From assembly GCA_013265495.1 (NCBI GenBank), contig MU057651.1:1313674-1377673 (forward strand): 64,000 bases of DNA, in the 5' to 3' direction. The stretch comes from Vicugna vicugna (Eukaryota). Position 1 is the stretch's first letter. Each line of letters opens with the position of its first letter. The notes beneath the pieces were generated by a model, which was given only the letters and a program-made list of their open reading frames with translations, was not told the origin of the DNA and searched no databases. Made by a program: the position numbers and the translations under genes. Of the stretch, positions 63,371 to 64,000 are shown piece by piece.

Positions 63371-64000
63371 CACTTCTCCACAGACGCAAACACTTCCACT
63401 GGGTTTGGCAACACGCTAGTCACTGGTCGTCTTGGCTATGGCAGTCTCAGGAAAGTAGTGATGCAGGAGCTGGATGTAAAACATGAGGAAAAGCTTCCCA
63501 GGTGCACAAGGCAAGAAAGGGAATTCCAGAAAAAGGGAACAGGATTTAGAAAGTCACAGAAATCACGAGCCAAATTCCCAATATTTCAGTCACTTCTGTG
63601 AATGTCCTCGCCATCCTTTTGCTCTTACCCGACCTACATCTCGATGAAGGGAGCCTCCTTCATCTCTTGCCCTCCAGTCACTGGTTTTTCTCCTTTGGCC
63701 CGTGCAGATAGAGTAGGTAACTTCTTTCTTCGCTTTGCTCTTTCCAGACCACTGGCCTTCCTTTCTCCTTAAAACCCTACGACCACCACACTGTCCCACC
63801 CACTAGACTTTCCCTTTACAACTGTCTTCAGACATATGGGTCACGGCCCTTAATATTCCTTGAGGTTATGAGTACCTAGGTCAGTACCCTCCTCTCCAAA
63901 ACCACTCCTGTCATCTCTCTCGATAATATCAACATATGTCTACAGTGAAGCCTCCAGCACCCTGGACTCTCAGTTTCCTGGCCTCCTTTCCTCAGTGATC

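Overview
This is mammalian genomic DNA, not prokaryotic. It is most likely from a camelid (camel, alpaca or vicuna), because it carries four young tRNA-Ala-derived SINEs of the Vic-1 type. By gene order it is X-linked (the AMMECR1/TMEM164 region). It holds the 3' ends of two convergent genes. On the + strand are the last four coding exons of AMMECR1 (15483-15597, 29119-29209, 30514-30610, 32921-33035) and a ~3.7 kb 3'UTR ending near 36750. On the - strand are the last two coding exons of TMEM164 (57023-56923, 55223-55017) and a ~4.1 kb 3'UTR ending near 50860. The rest is intron or intergenic sequence with L1, L2, MIR, hAT/TcMar DNA-transposon remnants and microsatellites. Almost all ORFs in the supplied track are spurious. 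I find no convincing new multi-gene system. The best unexplained signals are: a ~200 bp imperfect palindrome in an AMMECR1 intron (8401-8601); a well-formed candidate poison exon (11690-11786); back-to-back poly(A) signals on both strands at both gene ends; a poly(A)-only insertion flanked by a target-site duplication (23324-23359); and a 99 bp tandem duplication in the TMEM164 3'UTR that may be an assembly artefact. Repeat family names and boundaries were recognised by eye and are approximate.
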